A stretch of 64,000 nucleotides of DNA from the human T2T-CHM13v2.0 reference genome, Homo sapiens. The stretch spans positions 39,488,001 through 39,552,000 of the forward strand of contig CP068257.2 in assembly GCA_009914755.4 (NCBI GenBank), read 5' to 3'. The position numbers were made by a program, and so were the translations under genes. Of this stretch, positions 15,016-31,336 are shown one piece after another (within the stretch, counting starts at the first letter, position 1; the number at the start of each line of letters is the position of its first letter). The notes under the pieces are model-generated. The model saw only the letters and a program-made list of their open reading frames with translations, was not told the DNA's origin and made no database searches.

Positions 15016-15467
15016 TTAGACCAAGTCATTCATCCACTCAAAAATCATCAGCATCTTGACATGGTGTTCACAACTCTATAAGCCAACGACAAACTAATGT
15101 TTCAACTGTATCTCTATAATGCCAAGAATCTTTTGCTGCAGCCAACTCTCCAATGCAGGGGGTCCAGTACGGCTACAGCTGTGCAGGTTTCACACTACAC
15201 ATGTGGGATTGCAGTTCACATGTGGTAGACTGTGCAAGGTACCCACTGGCAAGTACTCACTATCCACTCTCCTCCCGCCAACCTCAAGCATGTCTTATGC
15301 CTTCCTTGATCCATGCTTTTGTTATTATTACATTGTTTATTGTTTTGTTGTTCTGGGATATGTTTTAATTTACAGAGGAAAAGTGTAATATAGGAAATTC
15401 CTCCATACGTTCTTACCTAGAATTAAACAATATTTATCATATTTAATATCTATAATATTTGTTTTGA

Positions 15468-16131
<664 letters not shown>

Positions 16132-16380
16132 TGAATTTGGCAAGCATTTTTCCAACCAACTTTTTAATCTTTCAAATATACACCTCATGCACAAAATTGG
16201 ATCAGTCAGGAATCATTTGCACACAGCAAAAAACTCTCTGGCTAGTTTAAACAGAAGAATAAATGCATTAGGGCATTATGTCGTTCCCACTAGACTAGAG
16301 AAACATGCTGGGAGGGCATTCAGCCAGGAACAAGACCCCACATCACACCACCAGCTGCTCTGGTGAAAGAGCGAGGTTCC

Positions 16381-16919
<539 letters not shown>

Positions 16920-16953
16920 CTATGGTTTCAGGATTGTTTCATTTTATAAATTC

Positions 16954-17583
16954 TTTTTTTTTCTACTTTTCTTTTTATTATTATACTTTAAGTTTTAGGG
17001 CACATGTGCACAATGTGCAGGTTAGTTACATATGTATACATGTGCCATGCTGGTGAGCTGCACCCACTAACTCGTCATCTAGCATTAGGTATATCTCCCA
17101 ATGCTATCCCTCCCCCCTCCCCCCACCCCACAACAGTCCCCAGAGTGTGATGTTCCCCTTCCTGTGTCCATGTGTTCTCATTGTTCAATTCCCACCTATG
17201 GGTGAGAATATGCGGTGTTTGGTTTTTTGCTCTTGCGATAGTTTACTGAGAATGATGATTTCCAGTTTCATCCATGTCCCTACAAAGGACATGAACTCAT
17301 CCTTTTTTATGGCTGCATAGTATTCCATGGTGTATATGTGCCACATTTTCTTAATCCAGTCTATCATTGTTGGACATTTGGGTTGGTTCCAAGTTTTTGC
17401 TATTGCGAATAGTGCCGCAATAAACATACGTGTGCATGTGTCTTTATAGCAGCATGATTTATAGTCCTTTGGGTATATACCCAGTAATGGGATGGCTGGG
17501 TCAAATGGTATTTCTAGTTCTAGATCCCTGAGGAATCGCCACACTGACTTCCAGAATGGTTGAACTAGTTTACAGTCCCACAC
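16954..17583 (-). mobile_element. L1 3' segment (ORF2 C-terminus plus 3'UTR), antisense
   Basis: About 94% similar to a young L1PA 3' end as I recall it. The poly-T is at the left end. Confidence 0.9.
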
Positions 17584-18340
<757 letters not shown>

Positions 18341-18886
18341 TCATTTTATAAATTCTATTAAAACAAAGAAGAGCAGGTAGAAAGGATGCGTGATGCCCTA
18401 TGGGCAAATTATAGTAACACAGTTGCTCGTTCCAAGTACATATGCTCTCAAATCAGAGTGAATTGTAACTAATGAAATGCACTAGTTCAGCACCTAATTT
18501 TCTGAAGCATAGACACACCATGTTGAGGCGTATGCAACTGTTATTTTTAATGTGAGGCCAGAGTTATTCCTGACATTTTTACCTTTGTTGGACTTCTTGA
18601 AACACCATAGCCTCGTGCCAACCAACATCAAGGATTTTTGACTTCTGGCTCTTCCTCCTTCCAGACGTTCTCGGATTCCAAATCTTAGTTACTTTACACC
18701 CTCTAGGAGCACACAGATTTCTGAATAAACAAATGTCTGTATAGAATGAATATGAAATTAATCTATCATACCAGATATAATGGTAATCAATGACCTAATG
18801 AAACCTGATCTTTGAAATGGTGTCAATCAACCAGACACTTGAGAGTTGGCCACTCGTTTCTAGCTTGCTAATTGGTAAATAGGTGT

Positions 18887-19175
18887 TTTTGTTTTTGTTT
18901 GAGACGGAGTCGCCCAGGCTGGAGTGCGGTGGCTGGATCTCGGCTCACTGCAAGCTCCGCCTCCTGGATTCACGCCATTCTCCTGCCTCAGCCCCCCAAG
19001 TAGCTAGAACTACAGGCTCCTACCACCACGCCCAGCTAATTTTGTTTTTGTATTTTTAGTAGAGATGGGGTTTCACAGTGTTAGCCAGGATGGTCTCCAT
19101 CTCCTGACCTCGTGATCCGCCCGCCTTGGCCTCCCAAAGTGCTGGGATTACAGGCGTGAACCACCACAGCCAGCC
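18887..19175 (-). mobile_element. Alu
   Basis: 'gtttttgtttgagacggagtcgcccaggctggagtgcggtggctggatctcggctcactgcaagctccgcctcc' ... 'gctgggattacaggcgtgaaccaccacagccagcc'. Confidence 0.9.
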
Positions 19176-19834
19176 AAATGTGTGTTTTATACATGTCAGA
19201 GAGGGAAGCAATCACAGGGAGTAGCCCTCTCCTTACCTACATTCTGGGAAATGGTGGAAAGCCAGGGGAGGCTTTTGAGGGGAGGCGTGTTGCAATGTGC
19301 TCGGGACTTAGCCAAATCTGAGTAGAGAGGCACATTCAGTGAGAGCTCCAACCTGTCAGAAATGGCCATCTGTGTTTGCAAAAGGTTCTTCAGATGCTCG
19401 AATAATGAGGGAAGTAACCCATGCATGCTCCACTCACTGGGGTGGGGTTTGTTTATTGTTGTTTCTCAACAACAATAAACCACGTGACAGGTGTGAGGAT
19501 CCTGCAGCATTTATTTCTGCCTGTAGTTCCTTCCCTTTCTAGTGCCTAGCTCCTCAGCTCTGCAAAACTTCTGGCTGGGAGGATTTTCAAAGCCACAGCC
19601 TTTTCCCAGCAGAGAAGTTACTCCATGCTCAGACCATGTTAGAAAACAAAACAGCACTGGCCAGAAGTCACCCAGATAGAAACGGTGCCCCCAGAGAGCC
19701 TTGAGGTCACACTAATGAAGTGTCAGCCTTAGAGGATATATATGCATGTTCCTCCTGCCTTCTTCTTTCTAATGAAGCTGGCATCCAGACCTCAAAGCCT
19801 CAGGACACGTCCTTCCTATCTTATCTTTATGGCC

Positions 19835-20275
19835 GTGGTAAAATATACATAACATAAAATTTACCATCTTAACCATTTTTAAGTGCACAGTTCATTGGCA
19901 TTGAGTTCATTCACTTTGTTGTATCAACCATCATCACCTTTCACCTCCAGAACTTTGCATCTTCCCAAACTGTACTCTGTCTTCATTAAACACTAACTCC
20001 CCATGTTCCTCCTCCACAGCCTCTGGAAGCCACCATTCTACTTTTTGTCTTTATGAATCAGACTATTCTAGGGACCTCATAGAAGTGGACTCATTCAGCA
20101 TTTGTCCTTTCCCTTCTGGCACACTTCACAGAGCATACTGTCTTCAAGGTTCATCCATGTTATGCCCTGTGTCAGGAAGTCTTCCTTTTCATGGCTGAAT
20201 AATATTCCATTGCGTATAATACATTTGTTTATGCCTTTATCCATTCCTATTTATTTTTGTGTCAACAAGAAAGTC
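19835..20275 (-). mobile_element. old L1 3'-end fragment, antisense
   Basis: 'aaatatacataacataaaatttaccatcttaaccatttttaagtgcacagttcattggcattgagttcattcac..gttgtatcaaccatcatcacc' ... 'ggctgaataatattccattgcgtata'. Confidence 0.75.
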
Positions 20276-20663
20276 CAAAGAAAACAAAAAAATAAATAAA
20301 ATGAGATAATTTGATCACACATACATAAGAAGAAAAAAATGGGATTGTTCTGCCCTATTTCATACCATCCTTGAGCATTCATGGAAGAGTAAGTCCCCGG
20401 CACTGACTCACACATCTCCATTCCATCTGCCTGTGGCTAATGCCAAGAGCATCACAGTAAAAACAAACAAACAAAAATTACCTTTTGTTTCCTGATACTC
20501 TGGGAATTAAGTAACACATGAAAGTCTGTTCTCCACTAATAGGTGAGTGCAGAACAGCCCATCAGCTCCAGCTTTCCCTGTGATGGCTGTCTGAGAAGTG
20601 GTAATTGATTAGAGACTTGATAGGGAAGAAGAGACAGAGCTTTAAATCATGGGGCTTTTCTTA

Positions 20664-21082
<419 letters not shown>

Positions 21083-21765
21083 CTAAATGATCTCTGAGGA
21101 GCATGCGGGGAGAAGGGATGTGGACTAAAGGGTGTGCTCCACTTCTTGCTCTGGAACTTTGAAAGATGAGCAGGCCTGGCACTTGAGGCACAAACGAATT
21201 TTCACCCAGAAAATCTAAGAATCCATAAGGAAATAGAGCAACCCAGTTCACTAAGTTTTAAAAAAATGCATATCACAATAAAATATAAATATATTGGATG
21301 TATCTATAACGGATTCAATTATCAACTCATACACATAATTTTCTTATCTGTAAGGTAGGAAGAGTTGATAGATTTAAAATCTTTGGAATTGTAGGGATGC
21401 ATTTGAGAATTTCATGCCAAGCTCCTGCTCTTGCAAAGACCCTCCTTCAGGTCTTCACACAGCCAGTCCCTTCCTGAGGCTCAGCTTCAGCTTCAAGGTC
21501 GCCCCTCAGAGGGCACCTCATGGCCGGCCCAGGATCTCTACCCCCCTCCCCCGCACCACCCGCATTCTGTTATATGCAATACAGTGTCCTGATCATTTCC
21601 TGATATTTTCTTGTATATTTGGTTATTTATCTAACTTCTCCCCCCAGAATATGAGCCTCATGAGCTCAAGTCGCCTGCCCACCTTTATCACTTACCCCCC
21701 AGCACATGGAACAATGCACTCAGTAGGCACTCAGTGAATATTGAACAGTTAAGGAATTTTCCTGA

Positions 21766-22110
<345 letters not shown>

Positions 22111-22654
22111 CAGACGGGTGATTTCTTCAGTGACTTCCTTGGCAATGCTTTCTGTAACGAGGCGGAGTGTGCAGTGGACTTGAGTGTCAGTCTCCATGTA
22201 CTGCCTCTCAGCAATGCCCACATCCTTCTGAACATGCTCTGTGATAAGCCACGGAATTGTTCTCAGTATTTCTCTCCTTCAAAGTGCGAGGCGAAGCTTT
22301 CCCAGTAGAGGGCGCTGGAGGGACACGCAGGAGAAGAAGGCCGTCTGTTACTTCCAGCCGGACATAGGTGTGAGGACCACAGTGGCTCTGATATCTCAGC
22401 CTGGTGACATCCTGGCCTCAGCCCTCTCGACAGGGAAACCAAGCACCTGCGCAGCCCCCTGTGCTCTGCAGGGCCACAAGCCCCCCAACACCGCAGGGCC
22501 TGTGCTCATGAAGGTGCCCCGGTGGCTCCAGACCCGCCTTGTCGTGGCCAAGCCGGGGCACCTCCTGCCTCCCCTGGCTGACCACACCCTCTCCAGAAGG
22601 TCTGGAGACATTCCCAGCCCCTCCTTCCTTGGGCATCTCCCTGAGCCCTAGGAC

Positions 22655-23226
22655 AGTGGTCCCCAGCCTTTTTGGCACCAAGGACCAATTTTGTGGAAGG
22701 CAATTTTTCCACAGACCCAGGGTTGGGGAGATGGTTTCAGGATGGTTCAAGCACCTTACGTTTATTGTGCACTTTATTTTTATTAAATAAAAATACATTG
22801 TAATATATAATGAAATATTTATTGTAATTGTAATATACGTTGTAATATAAAATGAAATAGTTATACAACTCACCATCATATAGAACCAGTGGGAGCCCTG
22901 AGCTTGTTTTCCTGCAAGTAGATGGTCCCATCTGGGGGAGATGGGAGACAGTAACAGATCATCAGGCATTAGATTCTCGTAAGGAGCATGCAACCTAGAT
23001 CCCTCGCATGCCCAGGTCACAATAGGGTTCTCACTCCTGTGAGATTTTAATGCCGCTGATCTGACAGGAAGTGGAGCTCTGGCAGTAATGCGAATGATGG
23101 GGAGCGGCTGTGAATACAGATGAAGCTTCGCTTGCTCACCTGCAGCTCACCTGCCGCTGTGCAGCCCAGTTCCTAACAGGCCACAGACTGATGCTGGTCC
23201 ATGGCCAGGGGGTTGGGGACCACTGC
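22655..23226. mobile_element. TIR-bounded nonautonomous DNA-transposon relic (hAT/Charlie-like MITE; family name not asserted)
   Basis: Terminal inverted repeats 'cagtggtccccagcctttttggcaccaaggacc' (left) and 'ggtccatggccagggggttggggaccactg' (right). The flanking 'ccctagg(a/g)' on both sides is compatible with an 8-bp TSD. The interior is AT-rich and palindromic, which explains ORF 22418..23020. Confidence 0.55.
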
Positions 23227-25007
23227 CCTAGGGTACCCTATTGCATTTCCTTATGTCTTGTAGTTATTCTTTTATTGTGGTTAGTAGTTCTTTATATGAA
23301 ACTTCCCCTGTTTTACCGACCCTTTGACCTCTCTCTCCTCACTGAGTTCTAACTGCTGCAACACGACCACTGTCTCCTTCTAACCACTGCAGCCCTGCCC
23401 TGAAGCATGTCAGCTGGAGAGAGAAAATTAGGGGACTGGTTTTCAGGACAAACGTTAATCAGCTAAACTTGCCAGTGTCTCTTTCTGTAAAATATGGTGG
23501 GGAAGGTGAAGATAACCTGCATGTAAAGATGAACTAGCAGCACTAGTTGCCAACCCTTATGGAGGGATGACCACCTACCAGACCCTCTTCTAAGCACCTC
23601 ACCATATTAACTAATTTAATCCATGAAACAGTTAAGCCAAGTAGGTTACTAGTCTCAGCTCCGTCTTACAGATGATGAAACGAAGATGCAGAGAGATTGT
23701 GTAGTAAGGCCAAGGCCACCCAGACTACAGCAGAACTCGGACTGGAACCCAAGCTGGCTGAGTCAAGAACCCAAGCTCTTTATCCTTCACATAACAATTT
23801 AAACAAGTGCACACAAAACTGGAGACACCTTCTTTTAAAACTACCTTAAAATTAAGAGATATGCGTTAAACACATCAACCTGATTGCCAACGGAAAAGGG
23901 GAGAATGGGAGTGGGAGATGAGGGCAAAAAGAAATGACAAATTAATGAACGAATAAACAAAAATAAGAATGGGGACTTGCAAACGTGTGCATAGCTGTGA
24001 TGCAGGGAGTGACGAGTGCAGCTAAGCCAGCCTCTGTGTGGGGCAGGTGGACAGGTGCATGGGGTTCCTAATGGCAGTGACAATGACAGTGTCCTCTGCA
24101 TCAGAAGGACACAGGGACACAAAACCCCGATCAGATGTGGCAGGAAGGATTCTGGCCCTGATGAAGAGTCACTGAACCTGCTTGAGAACAACTCTCTGCT
24201 GGCTCCGTAGATTTACAAAAACAGAACTGCAAGAAGGTAAGCTCTATAAGGGCAGGGCATTTTGTTCAGTGTCTAGAACACAGCCTCAGATGCTCAATTT
24301 TTGCTGAATAAATGTGCAAATGGATGGACTAGGGGTCAGTGTCTCCCTGGGAGGTCACAGGCTACGTGAAAAAGCTGAGAGCTTGTAGCCAGGAGCATTC
24401 TCTAAACCCAGAGTGGAGGCAGAGGTCGAAATGGATGAAGGCAAAATACAATCCAGCCAACCGTCTACAGCAAGTCTCCTGCTTTTTTTCCGATTTAGAA
24501 TGTAAAACTTTTAAAGAGCACATGTATTATCAATCATATTTTTACATTAAATCTGGGGATAAGCCCCCATTGGGTGTCCAAATAAGCTCTTTCCCACTTA
24601 TCTTTTTACCCCTTGGAGGGGGCAGGGTACCTGAATTTTAATACTAAATTAAAGCAAGGAACTGATTTTAAATGTTAACAAGAAATTAGCATAAATCAAG
24701 CAAAGATGTTATCTTAGAAATAGTTCTGTTTGCTTTTCACTCTAGTCAGAAATAGGTCTTAGAACCTGCCCGGCATCTGGTTGCTAGAGCAAGCACTAAA
24801 TTGATATGTGCCCCCACAAGGATGCCCTTAATAAAATTTTTAGAGAGACATTTAAAAGTTGAGCACACAGGAGTACTAAAATTGCCATCCACAATCCAAG
24901 CACATGACACGTTTTCTAAAGCTAGTGCTTCTTCTAGCACTAATTTTGTCTGTGTGACTTAACCAAGAAAAACTCCACACTCTCCCTTCTTTCTCTCCTA
25001 TTTTCAG

Positions 25008-25167
25008 TTACGCCAGAAAAGATCAACTTGCAGCATGCCAGAAGGTCTTCCCTAGCTTTTCCAAGCAGCAGTTTGAATCTTATATAGAACATTCCATAAC
25101 CACGGAACATTTGGTTCGCGACGCCAATTTCTTGAGGATGAGGAGAAACACAACTGCCTCTGCCAAG
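25008..25167 (+). CDS. candidate internal coding exon (160 nt) of an unidentified gene
   Basis: A 27-nt polypyrimidine tract precedes '...tcctattttcag|TTACGCC', and the donor is 'GCCAAG|gtaccacc'. Exactly one frame is open across all 160 nt. It starts at the second exon base and reads YARKDQLAACQKVFPSFSKQQFESYIEHSITTEHLVRDANFLRMRRNTTASAK. The sequence retains CpGs ('ttcgcgacgcc') in an otherwise CpG-depleted window. No homolog recognised from memory. Confidence 0.4.
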
Positions 25168-25971
25168 GTACCACCCTCTAGAGTCAGTAAGCCAATACTT
25201 ACCACTTCATTTTAAAACCCATGCAGTGCTCACAGATGTGATTATATAATTACGATCAAATGGCAACCTGTGTGTGAGTCCTGAATCACTTGTCCTGGAA
25301 TGGATAGGGCTATTTATAATCACAGCGAGGCTGGGGAACAGAGTAACTGCGGACAAAGGCAACTAATTTCTAGCCCAGAGGCTGAGGCCGAAAGGAAGCC
25401 TCATGATGGGGCGGCTGCCAGTTGTGAGCAGAACAGTTCACACCGGCCAGTGGCCACCGGTGAGTGACCTCGCAGAGCTGCAGCTTGAGAGCAATGGACA
25501 AGCCTTCCCAGGGAATTGTGAGGGAGCGGCTCTTAGCAATAAACCACCAGCTAGCCCTGGCACAGAGAGGTGAGGCTGAAAAGAGCCCTAAGGCATCTTT
25601 TCTTGTATTCACTTGCTGGGTTCAGTATTTTGGCTCCTTACAAAAGCACAGATTCCAAACGAGGAGTTTTGGAGGGGGCAGAGGCTCAGTGATAGGAATA
25701 AAATAGTTATTTTCATATTCACAGAGCTGAGTTTTATTTCCAAGGAGGGAAAATTGGGAACTAAAGCAGGCAAGCAGTTTATTCCCCAGAAGGATTACTG
25801 CAAGGACTTACCTGCATTCAGTGGCCAGTTGAGCACGCGGGCCAAGCTGGGCTACAGTAAAGCAACGTCAGCAGAGGCGTCTATCATATAGAATGCATTG
25901 GACAATGGTTTCCATTACAATTAACAGAGTTAATTACTCTAGAATTTCTGCTTTAAAGATCTCTGACTTTC

Positions 25972-26293
<322 letters not shown>

Positions 26294-26464
26294 CTAATAT
26301 TTGAAAGACAGATGTTGGAGAAGAATTATCTTAGCAGACATGAGGAAAGACCTGACTCTCCTGTCAACGTAATGAGCTCATAAATACCTCCACCCCTTCA
26401 CCGTGTGTCAAGAGAATGAGACGGCTCCTTCCAGACCCTGTGCCCAACTAATATTGACACTCCA

Positions 26465-27195
<731 letters not shown>

Positions 27196-27330
27196 TTTGC
27201 TTAAAGGGTTCTCATTTCATTCCATATATAACTAGCCAAAAATCATTTCAAAGAATTGTTAGCTAATTATCACTAGGCCATTAATATTGAGCAACCCCAA
27301 TTTCCTTGGGATTTATAAGGCACTATAAAT

Positions 27331-27805
27331 TAGTTTCCTGTGGCTGCTGTAACAAATTGACACAAACTTAGTGGCTTCGAATAACAGAATGTGTCCTCTT
27401 ACAGTACGGAAACTCAGAAGTGTAAAATCAAGGTGTTGGCAAGGCTGCACTGCTTCTGGAGGTTTTACAGAGGGATCCATTCCTTGTCTTTCTGGGGCCT
27501 GGGGGCTCTGCACTCCTTGGCTCCTGCTCCCTTCCTGCATCTTCCAAGTGCATCCCTGCAACCTCTGGTTCCATCCTTACAGCTCCTTTTTCTGCTGGTG
27601 TCACTATTGTCTGCCGTTTCTAAGGAGGTTGTGATCACACGGAGCCAACCCAAATCATCCAGAATCACCTTCCCCATCTCAAGATCCTTAATTTATCATA
27701 TCTGCAAAGTCCCTTTTGCCATAGAAGGTAACATCCCCACAGGTTCTGGGGACTAAAATGTCGGCATCTTGGGGGACCCATTCTTGAAACTGCCACAGGC
27801 ATCTA
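27331..27805 (+). repeat. ancient interspersed repeat, copy c (same core family as 85-590)
   Basis: 'tagtttcctgtggctgctgtaacaaattgacacaaacttagtggcttcgaa..aaatcaaggtgttggcaaggctgcactgcttctggagg' ... 'atctgcaaagtcccttttgccatagaaggtaacatccccacaggttctggggactaaaatgtcggcatcttggggg'. Confidence 0.5.
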
Positions 27806-28233
27806 CCGTGAACCTGTGTCTACTGTGGAGAGCTGAGGATACACAGACTAAAACCCCACCTTCTGTCTCCCGTGTTCTCCCCTCAACATCCAGAAGAACC
27901 AAGTGGAGTAACTGGTGCCAGGCTAGCCCTCCTACCATCAACAATGGAAAATGGGAAAATTATGTGAAACAACTGCTTGAAGATGTAAGACATCAGACAT
28001 GGCAGTACTGTGAGCTGTTGGAGAGAAAAATAAGATAAGCACTATGATTTACCCTGTTTTCTGACTTAAAGTACTTTCCGTATCATAGCATAGGGAAGGC
28101 AAGCCCATGCCTGTTTTCATTTTGCCTGGGATGTCCCCATCCCCCACCCCTCCTTCCCCGGGTCCTCCATCTTCTGCTCCTCCTTCCAGGGTTGGAGTTT
28201 GCCACTTTCTTTCCCTGTAAAAGACTTTCACGA

Positions 28234-28545
28234 CTGGGTGCGGTGGCTCACTCCTGTAATCCCAGTACTTTGGGAGGCCGAGGTGGGCAGATCAGGAGGT
28301 CAGGAGTTCGAGACCAGCCTGGCCAACATGGCGAAACTCCATCTCTACTAAAAATACAAAAAATTAGCCGGGCATGGTGGCGTGTGCCTATAATCCCAGC
28401 TACTTGAGAGGCTGAGGCAGGAGAATTGCTAGAACCCAGGAGGCAGAGGTTGCGGTGAGCAGAGATCGTGCCACTGCGCTCCAGCCTGGGCGACAGAGCA
28501 AGACTCCATCTCAAAAAAAATAAAAAAAATAAAAAAATAAAAAAA
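28234..28545 (+). mobile_element. Alu
   Basis: 'ctgggtgcggtggctcactcctgtaatcccagtactttgggaggccgaggtgggcagatcagg' ... 'gcgacagagcaagactccatctcaaaaaaaataaaaaaaataaaaaaataaaaaaa'. Confidence 0.95.
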
Positions 28546-29091
28546 CTTTCTTCATCCACTGCGTAGCAGTGCATAGTAGTGCATAGTAATCCTGCTGAGC
28601 AGAGAAGACAAAGCTCAGAGTTTGGTTGCTAAGACTATGGGAGTGGGTGGCACAGAGTACATAAAGCATGGTTGGAGGAGCTTCATGGAGGAGCTGCAGA
28701 AACTTATACAGGGGTCTCCTTGAGTCTCTGAATGAATCGTAAGTTGGGGATATATAGGATGAGATTTCACAAGGCCAGGCAAAGCTTTTAGCAATAAACC
28801 ACCAGCTATCCTTGGCACAGGGAGGTGAGGCTGAAAAGAGCTACGTAGAGATTCCAGAACTTGCAAAGAGCCAAGTGACGTAGGAGTACCAACTCGCCAG
28901 AATTCATAGGTCTGAGGAATACCCTAGGAGCTCAATTGAGGCCTCAGAAATGCCATGCCTCAGAAACTGTGGTTCTCTAGCCTCATAGTAAAAGCTACTT
29001 TATACTCACCCTAACATGCTTAAAAATAAGACTGAAAGAATCATGCTGAACTACATACAAGGAAATTAGCTACTTGCCAGAACAAAACTCA

Positions 29092-29448
29092 GGCCAAGTG
29101 TGGTGGCTCATACCTGTAATCCCAACACTTTGGGATGCTGAGACAGGTGAATTTCTTGAGTTCAGGAGTTCAAGGCCAGCCTGGGCAACATGGCAGGACC
29201 CCATCTCTACAAAAATATATATAAAAATTAGCCAGGTGTGGTGGCATGTGCCTATAGTCCCAGCCACTTGGGAGGCTGAGGCAGGAGGATCATTTGAGGT
29301 GGGGTGTTCAAGGCTTCAGTGAGCTGTGTTCACACCACTGCACTTCACCCTGGGTGACAGAATGAGACCCTATCTCAAAACAAAACAAAACAAAACAACA
29401 AAAAAAAAACACACACACAAAAAAACAAAACAACAACAACAACAAAAA
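29092..29448 (+). mobile_element. Alu (older, diverged) with a long (CAAAA/CAA)n tail
   Basis: 'ggccaagtgtggtggctcatacctgtaatcccaacactttgggatgctgagacagg' ... 'gggtgacagaatgagaccctatctcaaaacaaaacaaaacaaaacaac...'. The flanks 'aacaaaactc' and 'aacaaaaacctc' look like a TSD. Confidence 0.9.
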
Positions 29449-29464
29449 CCTCAATGCTCTTCAA

Positions 29465-31010
29465 GGAAGACAATATAATCCAGACACTTTACAAGCCAGC
29501 ATTCACAATGTCCAGCATAAAATAAAAACTTACTAGACATGCAGACAGACAGGATAATTGACCTGATACCTGGAGGAAAATGTCATTAGAAAAAGACCCA
29601 GACACAATAAGAAGTATAAAATTATCACACCAGAATCTTGAAGCAGCTATTAGAAATATGATCATAGACTTACAGGAAAACACAAGCATAATGATGAAAT
29701 ATAGGGGATCTCAATCAAGATACGGGATCTATAAAGAAGAGTGGAAATTCTAGAGTAGAAAAACAAAACATCTGAAATAAAATATTCACTGGTTGAGTCT
29801 AACAGCAATATTTACACTATAGAAGAAAAGATCATTGAACTTGAAGACTGGGAAACAGAAACTATCCAAACTTAAAAACAGAGAGGAAAAAGGGGAGAAA
29901 AATGAACAGGGCCTCAGCAACTGTGAGACCAAATGGAGTGGTCCAGTAGACAAGCAAATGGAGTCCCAGAAGAAGAGGAAAGAGAGATTAGAGCAAAAAA
30001 AATTTTTTTAAATAATGGCCAAAATATTTTCAGATTTGATAAAAGATAGAAACCCACTATCTCAGTTCATTTGGGCTGCTATAACAAAATATTATCAACT
30101 GAGTGGCTTCAATGCAACAGAAATTTATTTTGCACAATTCTGGAGGCAGAGAAGTCCGAGATCAAGGCATCAGTATCTGGGATTATAAGGACTCTAATCC
30201 CATTCATGGGGGCTCTGCTCTCACGATCTAACCACTTCCCAGAGGTACCACCTAATACCATCATATTGGTAATTAAGTTTTCAACGTAATAATTTTGGGG
30301 AGGACACAAACATTAGCACCCACAAACCCTCAGGCAGAATATCACCAAAAAACCCACACTGAGATGTATCATAATCACACTTCTGAGAACTAGTGATGAA
30401 GGTCATCTTAAAAGCATCCAGAAAAAAAGAGACGTTACACACTGGAGAACAGTGATAAGAACGTTCTTTTTATCCTAATCAAACCAAAAAGAAGGTCATA
30501 TGTCAGTGCAATGAAACATCTTTAAATAACACAAAGAATAAAACAAATGGACAACTTAGAATTTTACATTCAGCAAAAAAAGCTTTCAAAAATAGATATG
30601 CAAAAGGGGCATTTTCAGACCCCCTCCTCCCCCCAAAAAAGTCAGAGAACATTTCATCAGCACACCTGAACAACCAGAGTAAAGGAAGTTTTACACACAG
30701 AATGAAATGATACTGGGTGGAAACTCAGAAAGGTATAGAGGAACAAAGAATTCCAGAAATGGCAAAAATGAGTTCAAAATGAGGGTAGGTATAAAAGAAT
30801 TTCTTTTTCTGTGATGCCTTTAAAAGTTAATGGGCTGTTAAAAGCAAAAATAACAATTGTGGGGTTTATAACATTTTGTAGAAGTAAAATGTATGCCATA
30901 AATAGCAGAAGGGACAGTGGAGGGATGGAATTATACTGCCATATGGTTATTACATTATACACATACATTATACACAAAATTATATAATATACTTGAAGGC
31001 AGAATATAAG
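29465..31010 (+). mobile_element. old L1 (L1M/L1PB-age) ORF1 through inter-ORF region, sense, interrupted at 30060-30340
   Basis: '..tagaagaaaagatcattgaacttgaagactgggaaacagaaactatcc..' resembles the L1 ORF1 coiled-coil region. '..aaaagttaatgggctgttaaaagcaaaaataacaattgtggggtttataacattttgtagaagtaaaatgtatgccataaatagcagaagggacagtggagggatggaattatac' resembles the old-L1 ORF1 end. Confidence 0.75.
30060..30340 (+). repeat. ancient interspersed repeat, copy d (related 'gggctgctataacaaaat..a.c.ac.gagtggctt..aacagaaatttatt..tctggagg..gaagtc..agatcaaggc.tcag' family) nested in the old L1
   Basis: Shares the core motif with copies a-c but has a different 3' part ('...aataattttggggaggacacaaacattagcacccacaaaccc'). 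Confidence 0.45.
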
Positions 31011-31022
31011 TTTAGAGTGTCT

Positions 31023-31336
31023 ACAGTCATCCTCAATATCCATAGGGGATTGGATCCAAGACCCTCTGCAGATACTGAAATCCAAGGATGCTCAAATCCC
31101 TTATATAATGTGGCGTAGTTGGCATGTGAGGTTTGCATACAGCCTCACACATCCTCCTGTATGCATTGCATCATCTCTAGATTACTTATGATACCTAATA
31201 CAATGTAAATGTAAATAGTCATTATACTGAATTTCGAAGTGTGTATTATATTGTATTAATGTTTTAACTATTTATGATCTGTGGTTGGTTGAATCTGTGC
31301 ATGTGGAACCTGTGGTTACGGGGGGCCCACTGCATT
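31023..31336. mobile_element. palindromic nonautonomous DNA-transposon relic (Tc1/mariner-type, Tigger-like MITE; family name not asserted)
   Basis: Left end 'cagtcatcctcaatatccataggggattggatccaagaccctctgcagatactgaaatccaaggatgctcaaatcccttatataatgtggcgtag...' and right end '...gatctgtggttggttgaatctgtgcatgtggaacctgtggttacggggggcccactgca' mirror each other. Confidence 0.5.

Noticed and set aside
22418-23020. 200-aa minus-strand ORF
   Set aside because: It spans the AT-rich interior of the TIR DNA-transposon relic. The sequence is Ile/Tyr/Asn-rich nonsense.
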